Shown here in pieces: positions 43,236-59,332 of a stretch of DNA of 64,000 nucleotides. Location: NCBI RefSeq assembly GCF_009914755.1, contig NC_060933.1; one strand, given 5' to 3'. The DNA is from the human T2T-CHM13v2.0 reference genome, Homo sapiens. The notes beneath the pieces were generated by a model. That model was not told the DNA's origin, made no database searches, and saw only the letters and a list, made by a program, of their open reading frames with translations. How positions within the stretch are numbered: the first letter of the stretch is position 1; every line of letters begins with the position of its first letter. The position numbers and the translations under genes were made by a program.

Positions 43236-45664
43236 AATTACTTGAGTTTTAGGGAAAAAATACCTAATAATTTGAAATACTTAGTTCCTGGCACAGAGAA
43301 AATACTCAACTATTATTATTATTATTTTGATTATTTTCTTTTTGTGTTAACTTGGTTGCCATATAACAACTTATAGAACTTTGTTGTTATAAACTTAGTT
43401 GCTATATAAGATAAACAATATAATCCCCAATAATTATTTCTCTCAGCAACTACAAGGTATTTAAAAGATTACATCTTTGGTCTAGAAGGGTAAGGAGAGA
43501 ATAGATATTAGTCTACTTTTTTTCTTACCTAAATTAAGCTTGAAGCTATGCAGACTCAAGTGACAGAAGCCAGACTAGAAAAAGAAAAATGGAAGGTGCA
43601 GAAGTGAGAACATAGTTGCAATTACTCCTCTCAATAGCTGTAATATATTGAGCTTATAATTCACTGTTCTCATTGTAACAGCTTCATACTTGTATTGTTT
43701 TCGAATTTCACCTACTTTCATATATGATGACTCTGGCATCCAAAACCTCTATATAGTTGTTAAGGTGGGCATCATTATGTATAATTTATACGTGGAGTAT
43801 TAAGATTCATATAGCTTTTGCCTTGACAAAGTTCTTAAGCTAATTAGCAATGGAGCTGTTATTATACCTGAATGCTGCTTTACCATGCTGGATCTGGCTT
43901 AATCGTGTAATAAAATCCGTCCAAAAGCTTTGCTGATTAACAAAGTCACCACACACTTTTCATTAGTCCTCCTCACCAATCTGTTGGAGATATATAATTG
44001 CAAGTGTTTACAAGTGTTGACTTTGGAAGCACAGAAAGTGGGCTCAAGATCAAAGCAAAGGTGTTTCATTTCCTGGGTAATGTAGACTAAAAGATGAGGT
44101 AAAAATATTATGCTTCTCCTGAATAGTTTCCGTAGATAATTAATATGATATAGTTATTGATTTTTCCAGTTGTGAAATTATCCATTTATAGGAAACCTAA
44201 CTGACAATTTCAGTTGGTCTCATATTATTATAGTAAAATTCCTCACAGAATTAAGTAATCAATTTTTCCTTTGTTCTTTAACTAATGGTGGGCTCGTTTA
44301 ATAGCCAAATCCATTAAGTTAATTACATATTGGATCTACTTGCTGCTCAATTAGAGTGCACATAAACATGCAATTTCATAATTCAAGTTATAAATATTAA
44401 TACAATATTCAATTTATAAATAGAAGATTATTTTGATGTACCTTGTGAAAGAAGACATTCATAAAATGGGTGCTAAGATGCTAACCAATAACAATAAAAA
44501 TATATTTTTATGGTGCATCTTTGCCTCACACTTTAATACCAGAATATACATTTTAATTATTGCCATCTTTTAATTGCTGTCACTTACGGTTTTCCAATTT
44601 TAGAAGCTGCAACTATTCTCTACTACACTCTTTCTATAACACTCCACATTCTCAAAGCCCACATACACGGGGTCAACAAACCCTGTTAGTCTGGAAGAGT
44701 CTTGCTGATGCCTTTCCTCCACTCACTCCCCACTATTGGTGTTATATTTGAGCCAAAACCATTTCTCTCTAGAGAAAAGTTGCAGAAGTATATAATACAT
44801 TGGCTCTCTGCTTCAATTATTTCTCTATTCTAGCCCACTTTCAGTGTTGTCCATGATTTAACTTTTATCAAAATTAAATGGAATAAGGGGAAAAAAGAAG
44901 TGGAAGGGTGTTTCAAAATGATGGCATCATACCTGTAGAATTGACATTGGGGAAAAGCATTAAAATATGTGTGTCTAGATGTAAGGTACATGGTTCATTA
45001 ATAAGCAATATGTAATACAGGAAAAAGTAGATGATTTCCATCGCCTTGCTGCTTACAAATTAAGGTTAGACTCCTTAATATGGTACAAGAGCTTCAAAAC
45101 TGCACTAACTTTTCAGCCCATTCTTCCCCAGAGGAATGTTTTTGTCAGCCATGTGTCCATTTATGCCTTCCTTCAGTAACTCCTGGAAGCCTCTGTCTTC
45201 CAAACTGAGGATATCTCCTCATCTTCTAATTCCCAATCCAAATGGCATCCCTTCTGTGAACCTTTTCTCAAATATTTGAGGCAAAGATAGCTTACCCCCT
45301 CCATGCACTCACTTTGAACCTTTGCTGATTTTATAGCCTATGTTATACTGTGGTTGTTGAAAGGTATGTCTTTCTTAAAAGCTGAGTTTTTCTTATTCCT
45401 GATTCTTCAGCTGCTGACACACAATCCAGCACACAATAGTGCTTGTTGAATAAATAAATACATAATGTGTTTGAGAAAACACATCAGCTATCAAAAACCT
45501 CATCAAATCACATCAAGGATCTCAAATTTGAGTTAATCTCAAACTGTTTTATTTTCAGCCTCTACATTTATTGAGTAAATTGTACACTAGGGATCGGTTT
45601 TATAAAAATTTGCAGTCCTGTCTTTTATATTAATGCCTCCATGGTGTCCCATGAACCAGTTTAA

Positions 45665-45830
45665 TATTGTGGACAAAGAATGTGATTTGAGGTGAAAGAA
45701 CATGGCTTTCGGTACCACTTTGACATTTTCTTGTAATGTGACCTTGTAGAAGTTACCTAACTTCTCTGAGACTCAATTGCCTCCTCAGAGAAGAGGAGGA
45801 TGATAAAGGTGGCTCTAACTCACAGACTTT
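45665..45830 (+). mobile_element. MIR SINE
   Basis: tgtgaccttg...agttacctaacttctctgagactcaattgcctc. Confidence 0.6.
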
Positions 45831-46291
45831 TATAACAGATTGTTGTAACCCCAGGGTAGGTGTGAGTAACTAATGAAGACTTATAGCTCTCAGCCCCTTG
45901 CTAAGCTTCCTAATTTCCTCCCTAACCTGCATGAGCTGATCACATTAAACATGCTCGACATCCAGGTTCTTAAAGCAGAAATTGTGTAGTGGGATTTCAG
46001 ATGCAAATATCAAAATGAGAATTATGGTTTCTGCTGTTGCTAACATAGATCCCTGCCTTAGGCCTGGGAATTCTTACCAATGAGGCTCCACAGGCTGGAG
46101 AATTTCTTTAATGCAGAAAAGAGTGAATGAGATAGCTTGGGGAAAAGGTTTATTCTATCTTCTGTGAGAATTCATAACTCTTCATCTAGGGGAGAAAACA
46201 AAGACCAGGGTCAGAGCTCAAGTGCTCAAGAAGTATCTCTGTGATAACCAGAAACCTAGAAACAGACTCCTCTTCATACCCACACAATTTT

Positions 46292-49692
<3,401 letters not shown>

Positions 49693-49992
49693 TGATAGCC
49701 TCATCTTACTGCCTGACCCAGGAATTTTGATGACTTGAAGAGGTATTATTGCCTTGTTTCTTTAATGTTTTCCTATTACAGATGTATGGAATAGACTCAT
49801 TATTGGACAATTTACAAATCCTCTGACAATATACTTCTTGAAACTCTTCATCTCTTCATGCTCCTGATCAGACTAGCAAAATTCTCTGGATTTTTGTGTT
49901 GAGTTTTTGTGGGGCTTTTTTTTCTTGCTTTCCTGCCTCTCTCCTTCCCTCCTTTCTTCTTTCCTTTCTCCTCTCTATCTATTCTCTTGCCA

Positions 49993-50440
49993 TGTGATGG
50001 TTAATACTGAGTGTCAACTTGATTGGATTGAAGGATTCACAGTATTGACCCTGGGTGTGTCTGTGAGGATGTTGCCAAAGGAGATTAACATTTGAGTCAG
50101 TGGGATGGGAAAGGTAAAACCCACCCATAATCTGGGTTGAAACTAATCAGCTGCCAGTGTGGCTAGAATATAAGCAGCAGAAAAATGTGAAAAGACTAGA
50201 CTGGCCTAGCCTCCCAGCCTACATCTTTCTCCTGTTCTGGATGCCTTCTGCCCTAGAACACTGGACTCCAAGTTCCTCAGCTGGGGACTCGGACTGGCTC
50301 CCCTTGCTCCTCAGCTTGCAGATGGCCTGACAGCCTATTGTGGGACCTTGTGATCATGTGAGTTAATACTTAATAAATAAATACATATATATATATATCT
50401 CCTATTAGTTCTGTCCCTCTAGAGAACCCTGACTAATACA
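49993..50440 (+). mobile_element. MLT2A (HERV-L) solo LTR
   Basis: tgtgatggttaatactgagtgtcaacttgattggattgaagga...gaaccctgactaataca; gcca on both flanks. Confidence 0.92.
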
Positions 50441-51168
50441 GCCACTTCTTATTTAAAAAAATGCCTCACACAAAAGGCAATAAGATCTTACACTTCTATT
50501 CAATATGTGACTTTTGATACGGAGAAAAGTTTGTAAATATTGGTCAATATCTTCTTAACAGTGGACTCAGATTCTGACTCTATTATTTTATAAATAACTT
50601 GTTATACAACTTGTGGTCAGTTACTTCATGACTTTTAAACCACAGGTCCTTAAATGGGGACAAAAGTAATACCATTTTCATGAGGTTGTTATGATAAATC
50701 TATGAAGCCCATATCACAGTGTCTGGAACATAATAAACACTCCAATATTATTTTTTATGAATAATACTTCCCCAAATATGTACCTACATCCAAAGATGTG
50801 CTGGAAGCTCAATACTGTCTTTTAAAAGCATTGTTAAATATTCAGAAATTTTACTAGTTGGTTATTAACTGTTGATACTTGAAATTGACAATAGTGCAAG
50901 TACAAAGACCAGGTAAATTAGCAAATACTACAAATTTGGGCTTATGTTTTGAGAGATAGTTTACCAACCTATCATTGTTTGTATACAATATATACATGGG
51001 ACAAAAAATAATATTGTAGTGTTTAATGTTACCAATATAGGTCACCATATATTAACCCAAAACATCTGGATATTAAGTACTGTATATAGGTTTCTTCCAT
51101 TACAGTTGTAATGATGATAAAACAAGCTAAGTTGTATAAAAGAACATTGGCAGCTCTAAAGTAAGTTG

Positions 51169-51290
51169 TGGCTAGGCTCACACCTGTAATCCTGGCATTC
51201 TGGGAGGCCGAGGTGGAAGAATTGCTTGAAGCCGGTAGTTCGTGACCAACTTGGGGAACATAGCAAGACCCCCCATCTCTACAAAAAAAA
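51169..51290 (+). mobile_element. FLAM/Alu left monomer
   Basis: ggctcacacctgtaatcc...catctctacaaaaaaaa. Confidence 0.85.
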
Positions 51291-52442
51291 GTTGTAAGGT
51301 TATTTTCTGTTCTGTTATTAGTGACAATTCAAAAAGAAACATGATTACATAATCTAAAAGAAATCATTTGTTAAGTATCTCCTTTCATTAGAGTTCCAAA
51401 AATAACTTTGTGTTGTGACATTCCTAAGATTATATTGATTTTTTTGCCTACGTGTTTTATTTAGGAGACTGAGCAATTGAAAGAGAGACAAGATCCAGGC
51501 TCTTTGACTATCAACCGCATGCTTTTTTCCTACCTCATTCTACCATTCCATGGGTGGGATTTTGGCAAAAGCTGCACCAACTAATTAGCACATCAATTGA
51601 GGCTTTTAATCTCTCTCATTCTCCTTATGTGAACTTTAGAATTTATCTTCCATGGTGTTCTCTTGCTTACACAAACAAAGAATAATATTCATTTCCTTGG
51701 GTAGTATGCATATATAATGATCTCTTTACTTGAAATGTCCTTTGCCTTGTCCCTTCCAGGCAAGTTTGCCTCATTCCTTCCCCTGCTAAACCTTCCTGAT
51801 AGCTTAAAAACTGTCACTACTGAATGTATTATTACATGCATTTCAATTATTTACATAACTACTCATAATTTTTTGGACACTGAAATATTTTGGAAGGAAT
51901 ATTGGGTAATATAACTGTGTAAGATCATTGTATATTCTCCTTAAAATTCTGCTAATATCTTACATTTTTATACTTTATTGCATAAGGATTCTAAAGATAA
52001 TTTGTCTTTTTGAGCAAGCATGTTGAATGGAATGAATCATACTTTCTGGGAACTGTTGCTCATATTTTACTAATCTGGATAGTTACAAACTTAACACGAA
52101 ATTAAACCACTCATTAAATCCTGTTAGGATTTACTCAGTTATAAACACACTAGTCAGTATTGGCATAATTCCCTTTTGCTAATCTCTAAGGTACAATGGA
52201 TTCATGAAGAATCTTGCCATGGTGTCTGACAATGATGGGAAAGTCTGGATAGGTTTAGTCTTTGCCATTCAGCTAATGGAGGACAGTGTAAATGAGGCCA
52301 ATATCAGCAGCTTGTTTTTATGATCCAGTTAATTTTGAGCAATTTGCTAGGGAGGCAAGATCCCAGGCCCTCTGATTAGTATTCATTACATAGGTTATAT
52401 AGAGAAAAATAATTAGACCCTTCAGTTAATTATAATACACTC

Positions 52443-54146
52443 TGCATTAGTCTGTTTCCATGCTACTGATAAAGACATACCCGAGACTGTAAAGAAAAAG
52501 AAAAAATCAAATTTTAAAGATCCAAAATGATCTCCTTTGACTCCAAGTCTCATGTCCAGGTTACACTGATGCAAGAGGTGGGTTCCCATGGTCTTGGGAA
52601 GCTCTGCCTCTGTGGCTTTGCAGGGTACAGCCTCCTTCCTGCCTGCTTTCACAGGCTGGTATTGAATGTCTGGGGGGGATTTTCCAAGTACACAGTGCAA
52701 GCTGCAGGTAGATTTACAACTCTGGGGTCTGGAGGACCATGGCCTTCTTCTCATAGCTCCAGTAGGTGGTACCCCAATAGGGACTCTGTGTGGGGGCTCC
52801 AACCCCACATTTCCACATTTCCTTTCTGCACTGTCCTAGCAGAGGTTCCCCATGAGGGCCCCACCCCTGCAGCAAACTTCTGCGTAGACATGAAGGTGTT
52901 TCCATACATCTTCTGAAATCTAGGCAGAGGTTCCCAAACCCTAATTCTTGTCTTCTGTGTACCCACAGGCTCAGCACCACATGGAAGCTGCCAGGGCTTG
53001 GGGCTTGCACCCTCTGATGCTATGGCCCGAGCTTTACATTGGCCCTTTTCAGCCATGGCTGGAGTGGCTAAGATACAGGGCACCAAGTCCCTAGACTGAA
53101 CACAGCACGGGGACTCTGGGCCCTGCCCACAAAACCATTTTTACCTCCTAGATCTCTGGGTCTGTGATGGGAGAGGCTGCTGCAAAGATCTCTGACATGC
53201 CCTGAAGACATTCCATTGTCTGAGGATTAACATTCAGTTCCTTGTTACTTATGCAAATCTCTGCAGTGAGCTTGAATTTCTCCTCAGAAAATGGGATTTC
53301 CTTTTCTATCTCATTGTCAGACTGCAAATTTTCCGAACTTTTATGCTCTGCTTTCCTTTAAACCTGAATGCCTTTAACAGCACCCAAGTCACATTTTGAA
53401 TGCTTTGCTGCTTAGAAATTACTTCTGCCAGATATCCTAAATCATCTTTCTCAAGTTCAAAGTTCCACAGATCTCTAGGGCAGGGACAAAATGCTTCCAG
53501 TCTCTTTGCTAAAACTTAACAAGAGTCACCTTTGCTCCAGTTCTCAACAAGTTCCTCCTCTCCATCTCAGACCACATTAGCCTGCATTTCATTGTCCATA
53601 TCATTATCAGTATTTTTGTCAAAGCCATTCAACAAGTCTCTAGGAAGTTCCAAACTTTTCCACATTATCCTGTGTTCTTATGAACCTTCCAAACTGTACC
53701 AACCTCTGCCTGTTACCCAGTTCTAAGATAGCTTCCACATTTTCAGGTATCTTTTCAGCAACGCCCCACTCTTCTGGTACCAATTTACTGAGTTAGTCCC
53801 ATTTTCACATTGCTGATAAAAACATACCCAAGAGTGGGAAGAAAAAAAGAGGTTTAATTGGACTTACAGTTCCACATGGCTGGGGAGGCCCCAGAATCAT
53901 GGCAGAAAGGTGAAAGGCGCTTCTTTCATGGTGACGGTAAGAGAAAATGAGGAAGATGCAAAAGCAGAAACCCTTGATAAAACTATCAGATCTCACGAGA
54001 CTTATTCACACCATGAGAACATTATGGGGGAAACCGCCCCCATGATTCAAATTATTTCCCACCAGGTCCTTCCCACCACACGTGGGAATTGTGGGAGTAC
54101 AATTCAAGATGAGATTTGGGTGGGGACACAAAGCCAGACAATGTCA
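52443..54146 (-). mobile_element. THE1A-like MaLR element: 5' LTR ~53788-54146, internal region, 3' LTR mostly deleted (~60 bp left)
   Basis: THE1-int sequence; ctggtaccaatttactg junction; perfect TSD cactc at 52438-52442 and 54147-54151. Confidence 0.92.
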
Positions 54147-55009
54147 CACTCATTCTTCTTGTTGATTACCAGTAACATCCTCCCATATCACCTGTATTCT
54201 TGCTAATAGTTACATTTATTTCAATCAATCAACAGTCACTCATGGGGAAGAAATGGCCACTTGTGTCACTCCCATATCCCTGGGCCCTTTGACATGGATT
54301 CTTGTGCCTTCACGGGTTGGTGTCTCCTGGATCTGTGGGTAATGGATAGTTGTCCATTCCACATCCATAGTCTCAAATCCCAGGTCCATGATCTTTTCCT
54401 AACAGTCTCTCAAGGATTCTGACTCACTTCATCCTTTATCTTTTTATTGGACAACTGCGCTATGATTAGCAATGTCCAACTGAGTCCCCTAGAAGTCCTC
54501 TTTAAAGCATACACCTCTTTTTTTGTTCCTCTGAACTCACCAAGGAAACAAATTCCAGTAAAATACAGCAGAATGAAAAGCACTCAGTGTTTGAGAGGTC
54601 CAGGTTTTCCACAGTTCTACTTAAAACCAGAGACAGAGCACTCTGATAATCGTGATTTTCATTGAATTCCTACACTTCAAGGTGGTGCTTTCTCTAGAAA
54701 TTGCAAAACATAATCCATATCTTTCTCCTATCTGTGACTAAACTCAGGGCCTCAAAGCAATGTTAAATTTGTTTTATTTATATTTTTTATTGTTCTTTTA
54801 ACATCTAGAATATAAACAAGCTCCTTGAGGAAAGAAATCATCTATTTTGTTCATACTCTATGCCTAGTGTCCAGAGTAAAGCCTGTACTTAAGGCTTTAA
54901 TAACTAAATTAAAGCCTATTTAATAATAGGCTATTATTACCTATTTGAGTACCTATGTAATAGGTACTCAAGAAAATATTTTGAGTGAATGGATGAAAGA
55001 ATCTCATAA

Positions 55010-55275
55010 AGCCTATGCATAAAATAATAATAGCTGATGTCTAGTGAATGTTCAGTTCATGTGAGATATTGTTATCTATGCTTCATGTGTTTGACTGTGT
55101 ATGCTATTTAATCCTCAAAACAACAGTGAAAGATAGGTACTGCTATTATTCCCATATTGCAGAAGAGACCACTGAGTCACAAAGAAACTTTCTAGACACG
55201 TGGCCATAAACCTAGTTAGCTGCACGGCCAGAATATAAACCCATGTTAGCTTGCTGCTGAGCCTGTTTTCTTACT
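55010..55275 (-). mobile_element. MIR SINE
   Basis: tttaatcctcaaaacaac...aggtactgctattattcccatattgcaga. Confidence 0.65.
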
Positions 55276-55299
55276 ATTTAGAACAATTATAAGTCCTAA

Positions 55300-57300
55300 A
55301 GAATGCAAAACGTGCAAACATGCAAAAAATTCACACATCTATACAAATGTATTTTCATAATCAATGATCATTGTGAACAGACAAAAATATTTTAAAGGTC
55401 AACATTTTAATAAACATAAGAAAAGCAGTCATGTTATATCTAACATTAAATTCATTTGCTAAGGTAAGCAAAAACAAAGATACAACACAAACATCTGGGC
55501 ATTAAGATAGTCAAGTATACAGAAACACAATTGCAATTATTTTAGAGGGGAAAATATTATGTTTATTTTTATGAGAGAAAGAATTGAATCTAGTATTAAA
55601 CGTCACATGTGAAAATATATAAAACATTGGAATTAGGAGACAGACAACATTTTCATAAGTATAAAAAGTAGTAAATTACCCATTAATGATAGTCAATGGC
55701 AAATTGATTCTAGAGTGTTGAGTTCATTTATGTAACTTGCAATTTTGATAAAGTCAAAATTCAAATGAAATATCTGTGCAAATAAATAATGTGAGATAAG
55801 ATGACAAAATAAGGAAAACAAAAGGAAAGCTATAATATGAGTAATTTTGTATTATTGGAGAGAAAAACATATAAACCAGGACTAACCAAAAATATAAATG
55901 AAGAAGATATCATGATCCCAATAGCTATTAATAAAAGATGTAAGAAATAGTCACATCCCTGGATGAGCTTATTTTTAAAAAGGAACTATATATAGGTAAA
56001 TCTTGAAATAGTATTTGGACCACAAAGAAAGCCAGAAGAGAAGAGAAGAAATACAGATTATCTGTGAAAGAACACAAGTCAGGTTTACTTCTACGTTCTT
56101 TACTGCATCAGTAAATAAGAGATGTACATGGAAAAAAATCTCTAATTTTGAAGGAAAAAAACTATAAATCAAGACTATTATATAAAACCAAGCTACATTT
56201 CACATCTAAATCAATAGAATGACTCTTCTAGATGATGAAGCATTAAAATTATATTTAGTACGTATACCATTCTTAAAAAAATAAACAAATATGTGCATAG
56301 AATAGAAGTAATATTATGAGCTCCAGAATGGAGAATTCATGAATTAGAGGACTTAAGACAAGCACTGAAAATTGCAAGTGTGTGTCTGTATATACACACA
56401 TATATTTACATGTGTATTTTATACACACCCACACACACACAAACAATTGTTCTCAATCTTGTTCTTTAATATAAATTCCAAAATAAATCTTGGATGAAAG
56501 ATATGTGAAACATAACATAAATTTTATAAGAAATAAAAAATTCAAGTGTATCAAAAAGCATTGGAGTATGTGTAAAGGGAGGAAAGAAAAGTGATGAAGG
56601 AAAAACAAAAGCAAATATAAACTACTTGTGTTAAAGAGATGTGATAGGAAGGAGATCATCTTATTCTTGACATCAACATTTAGAGAAACATAAATTAAAC
56701 CAGACATGGTGGTATCTGATGCAAGAATAAGAAGGCAGATCAATAAAACAGGATCAAAAATTTTAAAACTACCAGGGAATATAATAAACTGAGCTTATGA
56801 TAAAGGTGACATTTTATATCAGATGGAGAAAATGATGGATGTTTTAATGGATGCTTTGGGGACAAATGGCTATCCATTTAGAGAGAAAAGTAACATTAGA
56901 CTCATATTGCACATCATACGTAATAGTAAGTGCCAAATAAATGAAAGCTTTAAATGTAAAAAATGCAACCATTTCTGGAAGAAAATATTATTGAAAAGAC
57001 ATCTAATCTTGGCACAGTAGAGCATGTCTAAGCAGGATAGCAGGGCATGAAAACAAAACAAAACAAAGGAGCTAAATGCAACAGTGCTAGACACAAACTT
57101 AAAACATTTGCAAGATGTATGACAAAGATTATAAGTCTCAAAATTTATGTTCTTACAATTTAGTAAACACATACAAATTGACCAATGGAAAAAAATTTTC
57201 AGAAAATTTACAAAAATAGGTATATAAAAGTCAAATAAACCTAGGGAAATGTTTTTAATCTCACAAGCAGTAAAAAAGTAGAATGTCTTTTGAATGTGGA
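55300..57300 (+). mobile_element. Very degenerate ancient L1M fragments
   Basis: A-rich, with L1-like tracts (tatgataaaggtgacatt, aaatggctatccattta); boundaries approximate. Confidence 0.45.
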
Positions 57301-57573
57301 TTATAAGGATCATCATATATAATACCTCAATTTACAGTTTTTAGGGAATTTTTTTCTCTAGACTATAACTTCCTCCAATTATTTCTAAAGTTTCATAAAA
57401 TCTATTACCCCAAAGGGACTTGTAATCATGGTGCTATGGTGTTAGGGGAAAATAAGGATTCTTGAAGTTATTTTTTATCAGACATTGACTTGGCAATATC
57501 AAAAGAAGCCAGCAAATCCAGGTGTCTAGAATTTGAACTGCCACGAAGTGAAATGTGTTAGTGAGTTTTAATG

Positions 57574-57655
57574 AATTAAATTATTAAATTATTTAAATTA
57601 TTTATTATTTAAATTATTTAATTATTAAATTATTTTAGCGAATTTAATTATTAAA
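57574..57655. repeat. AT-rich (TTATTAAA)-like low-complexity repeat
   Basis: Directly visible. Confidence 0.8.
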
Positions 57656-57913
57656 CCACCTTGTTCTCAAAATGAAAGTTGGGCCTTTAAAGGGAAGTAC
57701 ATTTTTTGTCCTATTTTAAGTTCTATCCAGACCTCAGAAATATAATTACAGAATAAAAAATATAAGAAATGACAACAGAGAGAAAGCTCCACTCACATTC
57801 AACCCACTATCACTGCATTGCCTATATGGTACCCACTAGCCACAAGGAACTCTTCCAGTTTAAATTTATATTAATTTTAAATTTCTCTGTTATGATAGCA
57901 TATTTCAAATGCT

Positions 57914-58406
57914 TGATGGAGTTCAGGACACACTTCCCCAAAATAAGGCATCTTGATATTGAGAAAACAGCAGAAGCGGGAAGGTCATTCTCATCTTTCT
58001 TTAACTGTTTTCCTCTGAAGCAGGTCAGAAAACACTCATTTAAGATGTGCCCTTCCTGTACCCAGAGGATAGAAACATTCATATCCTTAAAGACACAGGG
58101 ACACAGAGAAGAATATGAACAAACAGGCCTTGCTAATTCCCCCCAGTTTTTTATCATTAGATCAGACCTCATTTGTCCAATCATACTTCTCCATGACTAT
58201 GCATTGATTCATCAAACCCGATCATAAAAATACCCTGTTAACCTCTTTCTTTGGGTTTTCATGTCCTTATGAAAGCTTCCGTGACATGCAAAACTTATTT
58301 TAAATAAGTTTGCATGCCTTTCCCTTGTTAATCTGTCTTTTGTTATAGGGTCCTCCATACATGATCCAAGTGATGGATGAGGAAAAGAAATATTTCCTCC
58401 TCTATA
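57914..58406 (+). mobile_element. MER34-type ERV1 solo LTR, apparently inside a MER3/MER33 hAT element (~57820-58500)
   Basis: tgatggagttcaggacacacttccccaaaata start; downstream catttttatcattgcagaatgttctcttggccagcactg resembles the MER3/33 end. Confidence 0.6.
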
Positions 58407-58835
58407 TATTCAGTAAACATACAGGGCTACCATATTAAACAATACACATAGAGGACATTTTTATCATTGCAGAATGTTCTCTTGGCCAGCACTGCTCTAT
58501 ATAATACCTTTTTGTAGTCTCAGGTCCAGGTAACCGTAACCATTCCAACATAAGGCTGCGGTGAACCTTGCACATATGTCTGTCATCTATTGAACCTATT
58601 TGTTCACATGTCTGTCTTCCTCACTAGATTCTAAGCTCCTTGCAGGTAAGGGACATGACTAATTTATCATTATGAATCTGTCACAGGACCTACCTCTTGA
58701 AAGCTGTGTAATAAGTGTTGATATAGAGAAATATTTGAAGGAAGACTGTATTATGAAATATCCTTAAGAGGGAATAAGAAAGGAGTAAATTAGTTCATCT
58801 TTTGTTGTTTCATCATCCTCTTAATCTCTTGTTTC

Positions 58836-59332
58836 TAAGGGAGGAGACCACCCCTCATATTGTCTTACACCCAGTTTCTGCCTCCAAAGAAAGAAGAAGT
58901 AAAAACTAAAAGGCAGAAATGAAATCCATAGGCAGACAGCCAGGCGCCGTGCCCTGGGCCTGGCAGTTAAAGACTGACCCCTGACCTAACTGGGTATGTT
59001 ATCTATGGATTCCAGACATTGTATAGAAAATCATTGTAAAAATCCCTGTCCTGTTCTGTTCTGTTCTGTTCTGTTCTGTTCTGTTCTGTTCTGTTCTGTT
59101 CTGATTACCAGTGCATGCAGCCCCCAGTCACGTACCCCCCGCTTGCTCAATCGATCACGACTCTCTCACGTGGACCCCCTTAGAGTTGTGAGCCCTTAAA
59201 AGGGACAGGAATTGCTCACGTGGGGAGCTCGGCTCTTGAGACAGGAGTCTTGCCAATGCTCCCGGCCGAATAAACCCCTTCCTTCTTTAACTCGGTGTCT
59301 AAGGGGGTTTGTCTGTGGCTCTTCCTGCTACA
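58836..59332 (+). mobile_element. LTR2-family (HERV-E) solo LTR
   Basis: taagggaggagaccacccctcatattgtctta start; AATAAA; cctgctaca end; TSD tttc at 58832-58835 and 59333-59336. Confidence 0.9.
59051..59103. repeat. (CTGTT)10 pentanucleotide microsatellite inside LTR2
   Basis: Ten perfect units at 59051-59100. Confidence 0.97.

Noticed and set aside
52422-53086. Cluster of overlapping 98-129 aa ORFs
   Set aside because: They lie in the GC-richer THE1 internal region and are remnants of the MaLR internal sequence.
57769-58227. 152-aa plus-strand and 120-aa minus-strand ORFs
   Set aside because: They span a DNA-transposon/LTR junction and show no protein motif.
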